From: Bacteriovoracaceae bacterium | GTDB lineage: Bacteria > Bdellovibrionota > Bacteriovoracia > Bacteriovoracales > Bacteriovoracaceae | Direction: 5' to 3' | NCBI GenBank assembly: GCA_048264885.1 | Contig: JBLXCO010000002.1 | Location: forward strand, 485,040 to 549,039 | DNA: 64,000 nt | Shown here: positions 53,049-62,402 of the stretch, in pieces | How positions within the stretch are numbered: the stretch's first letter is position 1 | Layout of the letters: each line of letters begins with the position of its first letter | The notes under the pieces: generated by a model | Told to the model about the DNA's origin: nothing | The model's database searches: none | What the model saw: only the letters and a program-made list of their open reading frames with translations | Made by a program: the position numbers and the translations under genes

Positions 53049-56000
53049 ACTAATTCTTGATAGGCCAGGGTACTCTGACCACCCGTGTGCTTACTTAAGA
53101 TAAGTGAGCGTGGCAACCTGGCCGTGAGTGCTTCTACGTGGGAGATAATCCCAATAGTCTTACCACGACCGCGCAAGCCTAAGAGCACTTCAGTGACACT
53201 ATCGAGAGTCTCGCTATCAAGTGAGCCAAAGCCCTCGTCAATAAAGAAAGAGTCGATCTGGGTTTTTCCCCGGGTCATTTCAGCAAGTCCTAGCGCGAGG
53301 GCGAGGCTGACCATGAAGGTTTCTCCGCCCGAGAGTGAGGCGACCTTGCGCTCGGTGAGGGAGATCCATTTGTCGATCACCACAAATTCTGGGCCATTGG
53401 GGCCCCCTTTTGAGCTCAATTGATAGCGACCTTCGCAAAGTTTGGCGAGTTCATCATTTGTGATGAAAATGAGTTCTTCTTCAATCATAGAGAGTACAAA
53501 GTTTTTAAAATCATTGCGCCAAAAGAAGTCCTTCATTGAGTTCATAAGGGCAAACTTGGCCTCACGCTTTTTCAGCTGGACGGTGAGTGCCGCAACTTCT
53601 TTCATCTTATTGTCGTAGAGGTCGAGCTTACTCTTGATCTGAACGAACTCTGTGTGAGCGCTATCTTTTTTGCGCTCTAGCGCCTGCTTTAAAGGTAGGT
53701 AATCGCCTTCATGAAGCGTTTTAATTTGCTCATGCCCCATATGTTCAACATCGAAGTGCTCCACCACAAATTTTGCGACGGCGCTCGTTAGTTCATCTTG
53801 GTCATCAAAATAAGAGGCGGCATGCTTGGCGGCCTTTGTATACTCTTGTGAGTGTTTTGAGAGCCACTCCCGCGCCGATTTTAAATTCTCTCTAATATGG
53901 CCTATGGCCTCGCGCGAGCGCTCGCTTGAGAGCTTCTTCTCATTTAATTTTTGTCCGAGATTCCACAAATCATCGCGTTTGGCCTTGACCTCTTGATCTT
54001 TAGATTCCAAGTGCTTATTGAGATCAAGCTCTTTGTGCCCTTGGGGGATTTGATCTACTAGAGATTGGATAATGGCCTTATACTCTTGAACCCTACGCTC
54101 TCGAGAATCACAGCGTTCACGGTCCTTTGCGATTTGGGCCTTGATTTCTGTGAGAGAATTTTCTAGATGAGACGCTTTTTGAATAAGCGTAATTTCCTTG
54201 TAGAGGCGTCCCCTCAGCTGAGAGAGATATTCAGAGGAGAGTTCTGCAATAGAAGTCGATTTTACGAAGTGATTGAAGGACTTCTTTTTTAGAATCTCTG
54301 AACATACTTGGTCAAGTTCTTTGGATTTTTGAAGAGTCAGCGCGCTACTTTCTTTGGCCCTGGCATATTGTTCACGGTATCCGGCGAGGGTGTTCTTTAG
54401 GCGCCCTTCTTCGCTTAGAAGGGCATCGAGTTGCTGCCTCTTCTCTTGATTAGCTTTTATTTGGGAGACGCTCTCTTTGAGCTTAGCTTGCAAGTGATCT
54501 ACTAGTGCGCTAGGCCCTTGATCCTCTCGACCAGTTAACTCTTTAATTTCTTCTTGTAGACGAGCACTCTCTGCTTTTAAAACGACGAGCTTACTCTCGC
54601 TTTCCTTGGCCTTTGTTAACTCTTGCCTGTACTCAGAGAGGGCCAGCTTTATTTCGTCGACTTTTTGAATCAGCTTTTCTTTACCTTCTAGCGGTAGGTG
54701 TGGGGTACTTGGGTGATCATGTCCACAGAGCTGACAGGTGCCAAGTTCTAAAGTTTTTTGCCATAGTTCTTCTATGGTTTCGTACTGATTGAGCAGAAGT
54801 TGGCGCTCGGTGAGTTCGTCTTGTTTTTTTAATAAATCTTTTTCAATTTGATCTGTCGGTATATTGCTCTGACTTAAATTGGCGATTGCCAAGAGCTTTT
54901 CTTGCTGCTTAGTTGCTAATTCATTAAGTCTTTTGATTTTATTTTCGCAAGCGATTTTGTCTTGGTTATGGGATTCTTGCTGTTGTTCGAGCCCTAGCAG
55001 CTCCTGTTTTTTTAGAGTCAGTTCTTCTTCAGTTAACAGCGTATACTTGGACTTTAATTCGTTTGCTTGGTCTGTGAGGTCGCCCATTTGCGCCTGATAG
55101 GCTTTATATTCGGCCATCAGTTTGGAGTGAAGTTCTCGGTTTTGTCCGAGTTCATCAATTTCACGCAGAATATTTTCGCCCTCTTTCGCAAGCAGCTCGC
55201 GCTCGTCTAAGGTCCATTCAAAAGTGATCTCACTCAGTTGAGTCTCTAGTGCCTTTTGTTTTTGTTCTAAAGAGAGCGCTCTTGTCTTTAATTCAGCGAT
55301 CTCACTTTGCTCACGCTTAACTTCGGCCTGTTGAGATTCAATTTTCCGGTTATTCTCGATGCTCTTTATGATATCTGGGCGCTCTTTGTGCCACGCTTGT
55401 TCCAGCGTGCGATGGGAGAGTTCTAATTTTTGATACTCTTCAAAGACCTCTTGATACTCTGAGACCAAGACTTCTAGAGCAGAACTGGCCGTTTGTTCTT
55501 TTACTTTTGTTTCGTCGATTATTTTTTTATATTCGATGATTTTTTCGATGAATCGACCAATTTCAGAAAAACTCGCTAGCTGTTTGGTATAACGTTGATG
55601 GGCCTGTGAGCTGGTGTCTTTCTTAGTCAGTAGCTCAAGGTGCTCTTCTTTGCTGAAGATCTCGCTGCTTTGCGCTTTCTCTTTGAGAGCGGCTATCTCC
55701 TTGTCGAGGATGTGATACTTAGAGACGAAGGATTCCTTGAGATGTTCAAGCTCGGCGATATTGACTAACTTTTCGAGAATAACTCTGCGTTCACTAAAAG
55801 TGCTGGTTAAAAATTTTGCAAATTCTCCCTGGTGCAAGACCACACATTGATTAAATTGATCAAGAGTTAATTTAATAAGGTCACTGGCCCCTACTTCTAA
55901 GACCTCTGAAGTGTGCAGGTCTTCAATAAAACTTTTAGTAATTGGCTTTGACCTGGGAGTTCCATCTTTTTTGAGGACCGTGCAACTCCAAAAGGCGCGA

Positions 56001-56263
56001 TAGGTGCGAGATTCAATGGTGAAGATGAGATTGACCTCAGCTCCGGTGGCGCCCTCAGAGACATAGTCCTTAGCGGCAAGCCCCTTCTTGGCGCCTTGAC
56101 CGTAAAGGGCCAAAGAGATGGCACTTAAAAGTGAACTCTTACCAGAACCGGTGGGACCAGTGATTGCAAAGAGGCCCTCTTTGGCGAGCATATTTTTAAA
56201 GTCGACCGTGTGCTGCCCACGAAGAGAAGCAATATCTTTAACCGTGAGCTTATCAATGTACAT
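53045..56263 (-). CDS. sbcC: SbcC / Rad50-like ATPase subunit of the SbcCD nuclease
   Basis: Walker A 'GPTGSGKSS', a long coiled coil with zinc hook 'CQLCGH', signature 'LSGGETFMVSLALALGLAE' and Walker B 'FFIDEGFGSLD'. ATG 56263 has GGAG upstream; the track start is 56278. Confidence 0.9.
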   Translation of the reverse strand: MYIDKLTVKDIASLRGQHTVDFKNMLAKEGLFAITGPTGSGKSSLLSAISLALYGQGAKKGLAAKDYVSEGATGAEVNLIFTIESRTYRAFWSCTVLKKDGTPRSKPITKSFIEDLHTSEVLEVGASDLIKLTLDQFNQCVVLHQGEFAKFLTSTFSERRVILEKLVNIAELEHLKESFVSKYHILDKEIAALKEKAQSSEIFSKEEHLELLTKKDTSSQAHQRYTKQLASFSEIGRFIEKIIEYKKIIDETKVKEQTASSALEVLVSEYQEVFEEYQKLELSHRTLEQAWHKERPDIIKSIENNRKIESQQAEVKREQSEIAELKTRALSLEQKQKALETQLSEITFEWTLDERELLAKEGENILREIDELGQNRELHSKLMAEYKAYQAQMGDLTDQANELKSKYTLLTEEELTLKKQELLGLEQQQESHNQDKIACENKIKRLNELATKQQEKLLAIANLSQSNIPTDQIEKDLLKKQDELTERQLLLNQYETIEELWQKTLELGTCQLCGHDHPSTPHLPLEGKEKLIQKVDEIKLALSEYRQELTKAKESESKLVVLKAESARLQEEIKELTGREDQGPSALVDHLQAKLKESVSQIKANQEKRQQLDALLSEEGRLKNTLAGYREQYARAKESSALTLQKSKELDQVCSEILKKKSFNHFVKSTSIAELSSEYLSQLRGRLYKEITLIQKASHLENSLTEIKAQIAKDRERCDSRERRVQEYKAIIQSLVDQIPQGHKELDLNKHLESKDQEVKAKRDDLWNLGQKLNEKKLSSERSREAIGHIRENLKSAREWLSKHSQEYTKAAKHAASYFDDQDELTSAVAKFVVEHFDVEHMGHEQIKTLHEGDYLPLKQALERKKDSAHTEFVQIKSKLDLYDNKMKEVAALTVQLKKREAKFALMNSMKDFFWRNDFKNFVLSMIEEELIFITNDELAKLCEGRYQLSSKGGPNGPEFVVIDKWISLTERKVASLSGGETFMVSLALALGLAEMTRGKTQIDSFFIDEGFGSLDSETLDSVTEVLLGLRGRGKTIGIISHVEALTARLPRSLILSKHTGGQSTLAYQELV

Positions 56264-57548
56264 GATTTTGCTCCACACTTTGCTCTTGATCAGGTCTTAG
56301 TAGTTCGTGAAAGAGGTCTTTAATATCTGTGGGGATCTCCCTAGACTCGGGGTACTTTTGGGCGTAATAGCGCTCAAAAAGTTCTCCAATATTTAAAGCG
56401 GCGAGATTTAAAGCAGGTGAGCGCTCTCTACTACTCGACTCTGTGCCCTCACTTGTTTGCACTCGGTGACCCACGGCCAGCAATTTGGGAAGATCTGCTT
56501 GCTCAACTCCTGGGAGGGCCAGCTGTATTTCATTTCTAATCTCATCAGCGGCCCCTATCCAAGGTGAGTCACATTCAAGTTCTGCCTCGATAAAGCTGGT
56601 GAGAGTGGTCTTTTTTTGGCGCTCTTCATGACAGAGGGCCAAGATCTTTTCTTTAAAATTTTCCTTGGTGGCCCGCAGGCGATAGAGTTTTCTAAAGGCC
56701 GGTATGTCGACAAGTTCGTATTGAAGGTCATTTTTTTGCGTATCAATTGTAATGAGTGAGATTTTCTTTTTTTCGTGCTCACTAAAGCGCATTCTAAGGG
56801 GGGAGCCACTATAGACCACGGGCCTATTTTCAAAGTTCATCACTTGCGGTTTATGAATGTGACCGAGGGCCACGTAATCCCATTTACCAAGAACATTAAG
56901 AGGAATCGTTTCCAGACCAGAAAGAGGCACTCCGAGCTCTGAGCCACTTGCCATATAAGGGCCAAACACGTGGTGGGCCATGAGAATTGACGGAAGTCCA
57001 CTGGTTGTCATTTGCTTCCAATTCTCTAGTAACCTGCTGAGAGCGAAAAGTAAGCGCACACTTTCAATTTCTTCATGCTGGGCCGAATTGATTTCCAATT
57101 TTTTGGCCAGGTTAAGAATTTCGTGCAACCTAAAGTAGGCGAGGGCGCAAACGCTTCCCCACGGTCTTTGAATGACAAAATCTTGCCAGTTTTCCGGATC
57201 AAAGTTTCCAATTAAATGCAGGCGCCCGCCTTGGAGGGCACTATCAAGGAGTGAATAGGGGGCGTTGATTAAAGGTCCTGAGTCGTGGTTGCCACCCAAG
57301 ATAATGGCCTCACGCTGTGGTGAGTGTGAAAACCATTTGGCCAAAAAGTCGTAGTAAGCTTTTTGAGCGCTATGAGGCGGATTGGGTGAGTCAAAGAGGT
57401 CCCCACTCATTAGCAATACATCCACATCATGAGTGTTGGCAAATTCCAAGAGCCAGTTGAGATAAGCCTCGTGCTCTAATGTGCGATCTTCTTGGTAGAG
57501 CTTCTTGCCAAGATGCCAGTCACTCGTGTGGATGATTTTCTTTTTCAC
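56253..57548 (-). CDS. sbcD: SbcD / Mre11-like nuclease subunit
   Basis: 'IHTSDWHLGK', 'SGDLFD', 'GGNHD' and 'LGHIH'. GTG start with GGGAG upstream. Confidence 0.9.
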   Translation of the reverse strand: MKKKIIHTSDWHLGKKLYQEDRTLEHEAYLNWLLEFANTHDVDVLLMSGDLFDSPNPPHSAQKAYYDFLAKWFSHSPQREAIILGGNHDSGPLINAPYSLLDSALQGGRLHLIGNFDPENWQDFVIQRPWGSVCALAYFRLHEILNLAKKLEINSAQHEEIESVRLLFALSRLLENWKQMTTSGLPSILMAHHVFGPYMASGSELGVPLSGLETIPLNVLGKWDYVALGHIHKPQVMNFENRPVVYSGSPLRMRFSEHEKKKISLITIDTQKNDLQYELVDIPAFRKLYRLRATKENFKEKILALCHEERQKKTTLTSFIEAELECDSPWIGAADEIRNEIQLALPGVEQADLPKLLAVGHRVQTSEGTESSSRERSPALNLAALNIGELFERYYAQKYPESREIPTDIKDLFHELLRPDQEQSVEQNHVH

Positions 57549-57563
57549 CTAAGCTCCCAAGTT

Positions 57564-59156
57564 CTAGGAGTTATTGCCCTCATTGCCGCCACCACCTTTA
57601 GGTCTTCTGCGGTTGCGATTGCGACGACGCTTTTTCTGAGGTTCACCACTTTGTGGGTTCGCTCTCTCAGTTGCTGTGGCCCTTTGCTCACGATCGCGGT
57701 TATTGGGGCGCGAGCGATCGCGGGGACGGCGCTGATTTGATCTGTCACGATTTCTCTTTTGGGAGTCTGGCGCGTCTGAGCTGCCCTGGGCCTTTGCAGG
57801 AACGGCGGCGCTTTGATCATGATCCTCTTGCGAAGACCCATCATCATTTTGATCCTCATCGACTGAGTTCTCCTCTGAATCGTCCTCTGAGTCCTCGCCA
57901 GAGTCCTCGTCAGAGTCCTCGTCAGAATCTTCTGCCAGATCCTCGTCGCCCTGATCAGCGTCGTCTTCGTTTGAGTCGTTTTCACCCTCTACATAATCAT
58001 CGTCTTCTTCATCGTCACCCTCTTGCCACATTTGTTGATAGCGCAGGGCCTGAAGTTTTTCTTCTTCGGCCAGTCCAATGACATTTGAGGTTTCATTGGT
58101 GATGTGGTCAAAGCGATCGGGGAATTTCCAATCACTAGGAAGTTTGATCTTTTTATCAAATTGATTGCGAGCGTAGCGGCGTCTCTGACCGTGCTCGGTG
58201 AGCATATCAAATTGCTCGATAAAGATATGGAGGCGATCAACACGGCCGCGATCACCATTTTTAGTTTCAATGAAGCTGCCTTCTCTAGGAAGGAGAGAGC
58301 GCTTGTCGGTGTAGACTTCGTCTTCATACTTAATACAGCATTTGATCTGCCCACAGATACCGTTAATTTTACTGGGGATCAGGGCGAGGTTTTGGTTCTT
58401 GGCCATCTTAATGCTGACGTGACCATAATTTTTAAGAAATGAGGAACAACAGGTTTGAAGCCCACACACTCCAATTGCCCCGAGGGCCGCAGTGCGATCG
58501 CGCACTGAAATTTGGCGCAGCTCAACTCTCATTTTGAGTTCGCCCACAAGTTCCTTGACGAGCTCTCTAAAATCTACGCGAGCTGGGGCGTTGAAGTAGA
58601 AGACAACTTTTTTGCCAAATTGCATGAATTCCACATGGGTCAGGTTCATCTCGAGGCGATACTTTTCAATCAGGCGATTACAGCTACTGGCCGCTTCCTT
58701 TTCTTGTTGCTGATAGAAAGTTTGCTTATCAATTTCTTCTTGTGAAGCGAGTTTTGAAATTGTTCGCAGGGGAAGCATACTTTTAGTAAAGGGGCGCTCG
58801 TAGGGAAAAGAGTTCACATACCCCACGGTCATGCCGCGATCACTCATGGCCAGAACTTTTTGTCCGTAAACAAAGGAGCGTTTGCCTAGTAAGAAGGGTT
58901 GCGACTTGGCGTTACCTGGAAAGCGCACGCGAATGAAGGTGAGGGGTTCACCTTCAGTGAAGCGCTGATCCTTGTCGGTGTCGACGTCGTCGCTGTCATC
59001 ATCGTCATGGCCGTGATTGCTCTTGGAGTTGTGAGTGTCGTGAGGGTCATGACTGTCATTATTGTCATTACTGTCATTAGGACGCTCAATTTGATCCTTG
59101 ATTTCTTCAGCTTGATTAGACGCTATATTTGATTCAGTTGGCCCATTTAGCCCCAT
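57564..59156 (-). CDS. PSP1-domain protein (RicT/YaaT-like) with long low-complexity N- and C-terminal extensions
   Basis: Core 'VVFYFNAPARVDFRELVKEL...MRVELRQISVRDRTAALGAIGVCGLQTCCSSFL...GICGQIKCCIKYE'. Its position downstream of holB matches the tmk-holB-yaaT gene order in Bacillus. Confidence 0.75.
   Translation of the reverse strand: MGLNGPTESNIASNQAEEIKDQIERPNDSNDNNDSHDPHDTHNSKSNHGHDDDDSDDVDTDKDQRFTEGEPLTFIRVRFPGNAKSQPFLLGKRSFVYGQKVLAMSDRGMTVGYVNSFPYERPFTKSMLPLRTISKLASQEEIDKQTFYQQQEKEAASSCNRLIEKYRLEMNLTHVEFMQFGKKVVFYFNAPARVDFRELVKELVGELKMRVELRQISVRDRTAALGAIGVCGLQTCCSSFLKNYGHVSIKMAKNQNLALIPSKINGICGQIKCCIKYEDEVYTDKRSLLPREGSFIETKNGDRGRVDRLHIFIEQFDMLTEHGQRRRYARNQFDKKIKLPSDWKFPDRFDHITNETSNVIGLAEEEKLQALRYQQMWQEGDDEEDDDYVEGENDSNEDDADQGDEDLAEDSDEDSDEDSGEDSEDDSEENSVDEDQNDDGSSQEDHDQSAAVPAKAQGSSDAPDSQKRNRDRSNQRRPRDRSRPNNRDREQRATATERANPQSGEPQKKRRRNRNRRRPKGGGGNEGNNS
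57889..57936 (-). repeat. In-frame 12-bp tandem repeat (gagtcctcg[c/t]ca x3 plus a degenerate 4th unit)
   Basis: Read directly. It encodes the 'DSDEDSDEDSGEDSEDD' acidic tract of the PSP1 protein. Confidence 0.8.
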
Positions 59157-59274
59157 GAATATCTTCCCGTTTTATATGAGAGACCACTCCTTGAGAGCGG
59201 TCCGTTAATTGATTATTTTTTCAAGTAATGACTAGGTTTGTCTAGGGACAGCGCTTGATAAAATTGGCCGGAAT

Positions 59275-60027
59275 TTACTGCAGTTTAGCGCCACTAAAGA
59301 CGCAAAATGGCAGGAGCCGCTCCCACTTGGCCTGGTGAAAGGTGGCGGACTTTTGCCACCATTGAAGGTGTTCTAGCCACTTTTCACAATGGGCGTAACT
59401 AATTTCTTCGCTGGCCGCCAAGAAGACTTCGTGCAATTGATTCATGAGGAGCTTTTCATCAAACTCCTCGCGCTTAATCAAATCAGGAAGGGCCCCATAA
59501 TTTTTACTGCGAGCGCATTCACCCAACTGCCTCAGCCAATCTTTAAATTCTTCACTGTGCTTCACACTGTCGTTTTGAATTTTGGGCAGGCGCCACTTGA
59601 TGGCGCGAGAGTTGATGGTGGCGAGCATCTTAGCACTGCCTGAATTGATCATCAGAATACAAATCCAAGGCGGAGTGTCTTCCAGGTCTTTTAGCAGGCG
59701 ATTGGCCACGCGCGCACTGAGGCGCTCGCTTTGTTCAAAAATGATCAAGCGGTACTGACCGTGATCAGGGCGATGAGAAAAAAATGAGCGCCAAGTGTCT
59801 TCCTCGAGATCTTCAAGCTTATACTGATCTCCAGAGGGAGTGAGGGTGAGAATATTTTGCTCGCGCACTGACTTTTGCGGCATTAGTTCAGGCAGGACGC
59901 GTTCACCTAGCCACTGATTAATGTGCTCGCCGGGTCCACTTAAAATGTAGAGGTGAGCAAGCCTTTGGTTTTTTGCCAGATCAAGCAGTCGTTGCGCAAA
60001 AAAATCCCAGTCCCCTAATCGGCTCAC
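59275..60027 (-). CDS. holB: DNA polymerase III delta-prime subunit-like protein (short)
   Basis: Sits between tmk and the PSP1 gene. 'LAHLYILSGPGE' resembles the degenerate P-loop region of delta-prime. GTG start overlaps the tmk stop (GTGA). Assigned mainly by gene order. Confidence 0.55.
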   Translation of the reverse strand: MSRLGDWDFFAQRLLDLAKNQRLAHLYILSGPGEHINQWLGERVLPELMPQKSVREQNILTLTPSGDQYKLEDLEEDTWRSFFSHRPDHGQYRLIIFEQSERLSARVANRLLKDLEDTPPWICILMINSGSAKMLATINSRAIKWRLPKIQNDSVKHSEEFKDWLRQLGECARSKNYGALPDLIKREEFDEKLLMNQLHEVFLAASEEISYAHCEKWLEHLQWWQKSATFHQAKWERLLPFCVFSGAKLQ

Positions 60028-60755
60028 GCGCCCTCTTCTTCTGATTCGCCTCGCTCTTGCTTATTTTGCTCATTGAGCCAGCTCTCTAATTTGCCCAAGA
60101 GATTGGCAGTGACTTTGGGGGTCTCTAGTGAGCCATCTAGGGTGACAATGCGATTGGGAAAAAGTTCGGCGGCGTGATCATAGCCCGCGACCAGTTTTTT
60201 ATAAAAATCAGTACCCTTGCGCTCAAAGTAATCTTTAGGTGCATTTCTCACTTTTTGACGACGATGAGAAAGCTCTGGATCAATTCTTAAATAGAAGGTG
60301 AGGTGAGGCACTAAGTGCAAAGGAAAGGGCCTGTGAATATTGAGTACCGTTTGCATTCCAATTTCACGACCAATTCCTTGGTAGGCCAAGGTGCTATCAA
60401 TATAGCGGTCTAAAATGATAATGGTACCCGGGCGAGAGAGCTCTTTCATGACAACTTCATCGAGAAGTTGAGCTCGTGAAGAGGCAAAGAGGTAGGCTTC
60501 AGCAATGGCGGAGATAGGCGCGTTTGATTCCAAGATGGCCGCTCGAAGTTTCTCTCCAAAGGGAGTTCCACCTGGCTCTCTTAAAACGTGAACGTTAAAA
60601 CCGCGGGCTTCAAGCCACTCTCTGGTTTTGATGATTTGAGTTGATTTGCCCGCACCCTCAATACCTTCAAAGCTTAGAAAATAAGAGCCCGGAAAGGCCG
60701 GGGGGCGTAGAATAGATAGTTCTTCAGTGTTGACGGCAAATAGTTCTTTTCTCAT
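60024..60755 (-). CDS. tmk: Thymidylate kinase
   Basis: P-loop 'FEGIEGAGKSTQ', 'DRYIDSTLAYQG' and 'REPGGT'. Confidence 0.9.
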   Translation of the reverse strand: MRKELFAVNTEELSILRPPAFPGSYFLSFEGIEGAGKSTQIIKTREWLEARGFNVHVLREPGGTPFGEKLRAAILESNAPISAIAEAYLFASSRAQLLDEVVMKELSRPGTIIILDRYIDSTLAYQGIGREIGMQTVLNIHRPFPLHLVPHLTFYLRIDPELSHRRQKVRNAPKDYFERKGTDFYKKLVAGYDHAAELFPNRIVTLDGSLETPKVTANLLGKLESWLNEQNKQERGESEEEGA

Positions 60756-60828
60756 CCCTCATTTATAGCATGAGGATCGCTTCTCGCCAGGGGTTTTTTT
60801 GCCAATTCAAGACTTTGAAAGCGAGTTT

Positions 60829-62238
60829 CTAATAGCCCTCGCTCTCATAGAATTCTTCGGCCGGGAGCTCTTCAACTGCGTCGTCGATCCCATTGCCGGC
60901 CTCTGATTCAAGTGCGTCATCAACCCAAGTCTTGCCGCGTGAGACGCTGGCCGGCTTTCGAACTGGCGCAGCATCAAAGGCTTCCGGTGCCAGCTCCTCT
61001 GGATAGGGCTCGTCGGCCAGGGACTCTTCAACCGGTGAGAGTTCTGGGTCAAATGTTTCCTTGGAGATTTGTGAGCGAATGGGGTCTTGCTCCATGGCAG
61101 CGGTGCCATCGTCATAATTGTAGCCGTCGTCTTCAATCAAGGCATTGTCTTGGAGCGCTTTTTTAAATGAATTTGACTCTCTAAATGAAGGTGCGCCTCC
61201 TAGTGGCTTCACTTTTCTTTTGGTCAAATCCATCGCGCGCTCAACTTGTGCGGGAGGAATTTTTTCAATGGGCGTCAGTGTTGTTGGTAGCTTTTGCTTA
61301 TTCGCCTGAGTGGGAACTTCATGTGGCGTCTCAAGAGTTGGTTCATTAAAATTGGCCGGAGTGCGCGAGATCCCAACTGAGTCACCCGGTGTTTGCCAAG
61401 TGAGTCCCATATAGAGAATTCCAATTACCGAAACGGCAAACATCATCGCGTAGAGATAGGCACTCACGGTGGTTGTGGTGGTGTCTTCTAATTGACTTTG
61501 AGAGTCCATCTCTTGGCGCACGTCTTGGCGTGAGCGCTTCATCTCTGAAGGGTTCCAGGCGAGAACCTTTCCCGTTTTGACGGCGCCTACATAGGCGAGA
61601 TTGGCCATCACTTCAGCGTCTTCAGAGCTATCGTTTTTAGCCTTAAAGTCTTTTAAGACTTCAATATTTCCGAGCGTGAGAAAGTCTTCATTGGGTCTTT
61701 GCGGGAGCGCCGTTGTCATTAAGTTGCGGCGGTCAAACTCATCCCATTCATAGAGCTTACTAAAGCTCTCACCGCCGTCGACACTTATGAGGTCTGTGGC
61801 GAGAAGCTCTTTATCTGCGGCCAGTGTCTTGAGTTCCTCAAGTGAGATGGGTCCAAACTTTGAGCCATCTCTTAGAATATAGAAAGCATCGTCGTCCATG
61901 GCCTCAAGGCTGCCAGTGCTCATGAGTTGCGGCTTTCTTCTTTGAAAAAAGGGGGCACTCGCTAGCGCCATCCAGGGGCCGGCACCTTTCCAATCATCAT
62001 GGGCATTGCAGACGCTAATATTGGTGAGAATTTCAGTTTCATCTTCAATCGCAACTTTCAATTCACTTTTTTCAAAAGGGCCTAGGATATCCCCGGTGGG
62101 TTCAAATTTTATGTAGACTAGATCTGTCAGATCGAGTGATCGCAATTGCTGTTCTGTTGGATCAACTAAAAGCTTTTCTAGCTCGGCCCCGAGTAGTTCC
62201 CAATTGATTGTTTGATTGTCGCCTGAGTTTGCGCTCAT
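60829..62238 (-). CDS. Membrane protein with two GYF_2-like modules
   Basis: 'FYILRDGSKFGPISLEELKTLAADKELLATDLIS' and an earlier 'VYIKFEPTGDILGPFEKSELK'. One TM helix 'YLYAMMFAVSVIGILYMGL' and an acidic/Pro-rich C-terminus. Confidence 0.55.
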   Translation of the reverse strand: MSANSGDNQTINWELLGAELEKLLVDPTEQQLRSLDLTDLVYIKFEPTGDILGPFEKSELKVAIEDETEILTNISVCNAHDDWKGAGPWMALASAPFFQRRKPQLMSTGSLEAMDDDAFYILRDGSKFGPISLEELKTLAADKELLATDLISVDGGESFSKLYEWDEFDRRNLMTTALPQRPNEDFLTLGNIEVLKDFKAKNDSSEDAEVMANLAYVGAVKTGKVLAWNPSEMKRSRQDVRQEMDSQSQLEDTTTTTVSAYLYAMMFAVSVIGILYMGLTWQTPGDSVGISRTPANFNEPTLETPHEVPTQANKQKLPTTLTPIEKIPPAQVERAMDLTKRKVKPLGGAPSFRESNSFKKALQDNALIEDDGYNYDDGTAAMEQDPIRSQISKETFDPELSPVEESLADEPYPEELAPEAFDAAPVRKPASVSRGKTWVDDALESEAGNGIDDAVEELPAEEFYESEGY

Positions 62239-62340
62239 GCAGCCTCCATAAGCCTAAATTACATGAGTCTTATCGGGCATGAAGGCAGGGAGCTTGACCG
62301 AAGGCGCGCCCTGGTGAGGGAAGGGAGAATTTTTGGCGGT

Positions 62341-62373
62341 AAAAATAAAAAAGGCGGATCAAATTGATCCGCC
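62341..62373 (-). terminator. Rho-independent terminator downstream of the porin-like gene
   Basis: On the minus strand, GGCGGATCA-ATT-TGATCCGCC is followed by TTTTTTATTTTT. Confidence 0.8.
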
Positions 62374-62402
62374 TTTATGCTTAAAACTTTGATTGGCCTA
62401 AA

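Noticed and set aside
53045-57548. SbcC/SbcD as a possible SMC-type anti-phage defence system (Lamassu, Wadjet or Gabija-like)
   Set aside because: The architecture is canonical housekeeping SbcCD: Mre11-type phosphoesterase motifs and a Rad50-type ATPase with a CxxC hook. It is embedded in a tmk-holB replication-gene string with no extra effector genes.
57889-57936. Short tandem repeats considered as a possible CRISPR or minisatellite locus
   Set aside because: The units are 12 bp, contiguous without spacers, and in-frame inside a CDS. No CRISPR-like repeat-spacer structure exists anywhere in the window.
57545-58081. ORFs 57545..57985 (-) and 57653..58081 (+), rich in Arg/Thr/Gln or Pro/Arg
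   Set aside because: They are alternate frames of the low-complexity acidic/Arg-rich tail of the PSP1 gene. The PSP1 frame is continuous with a conserved core.
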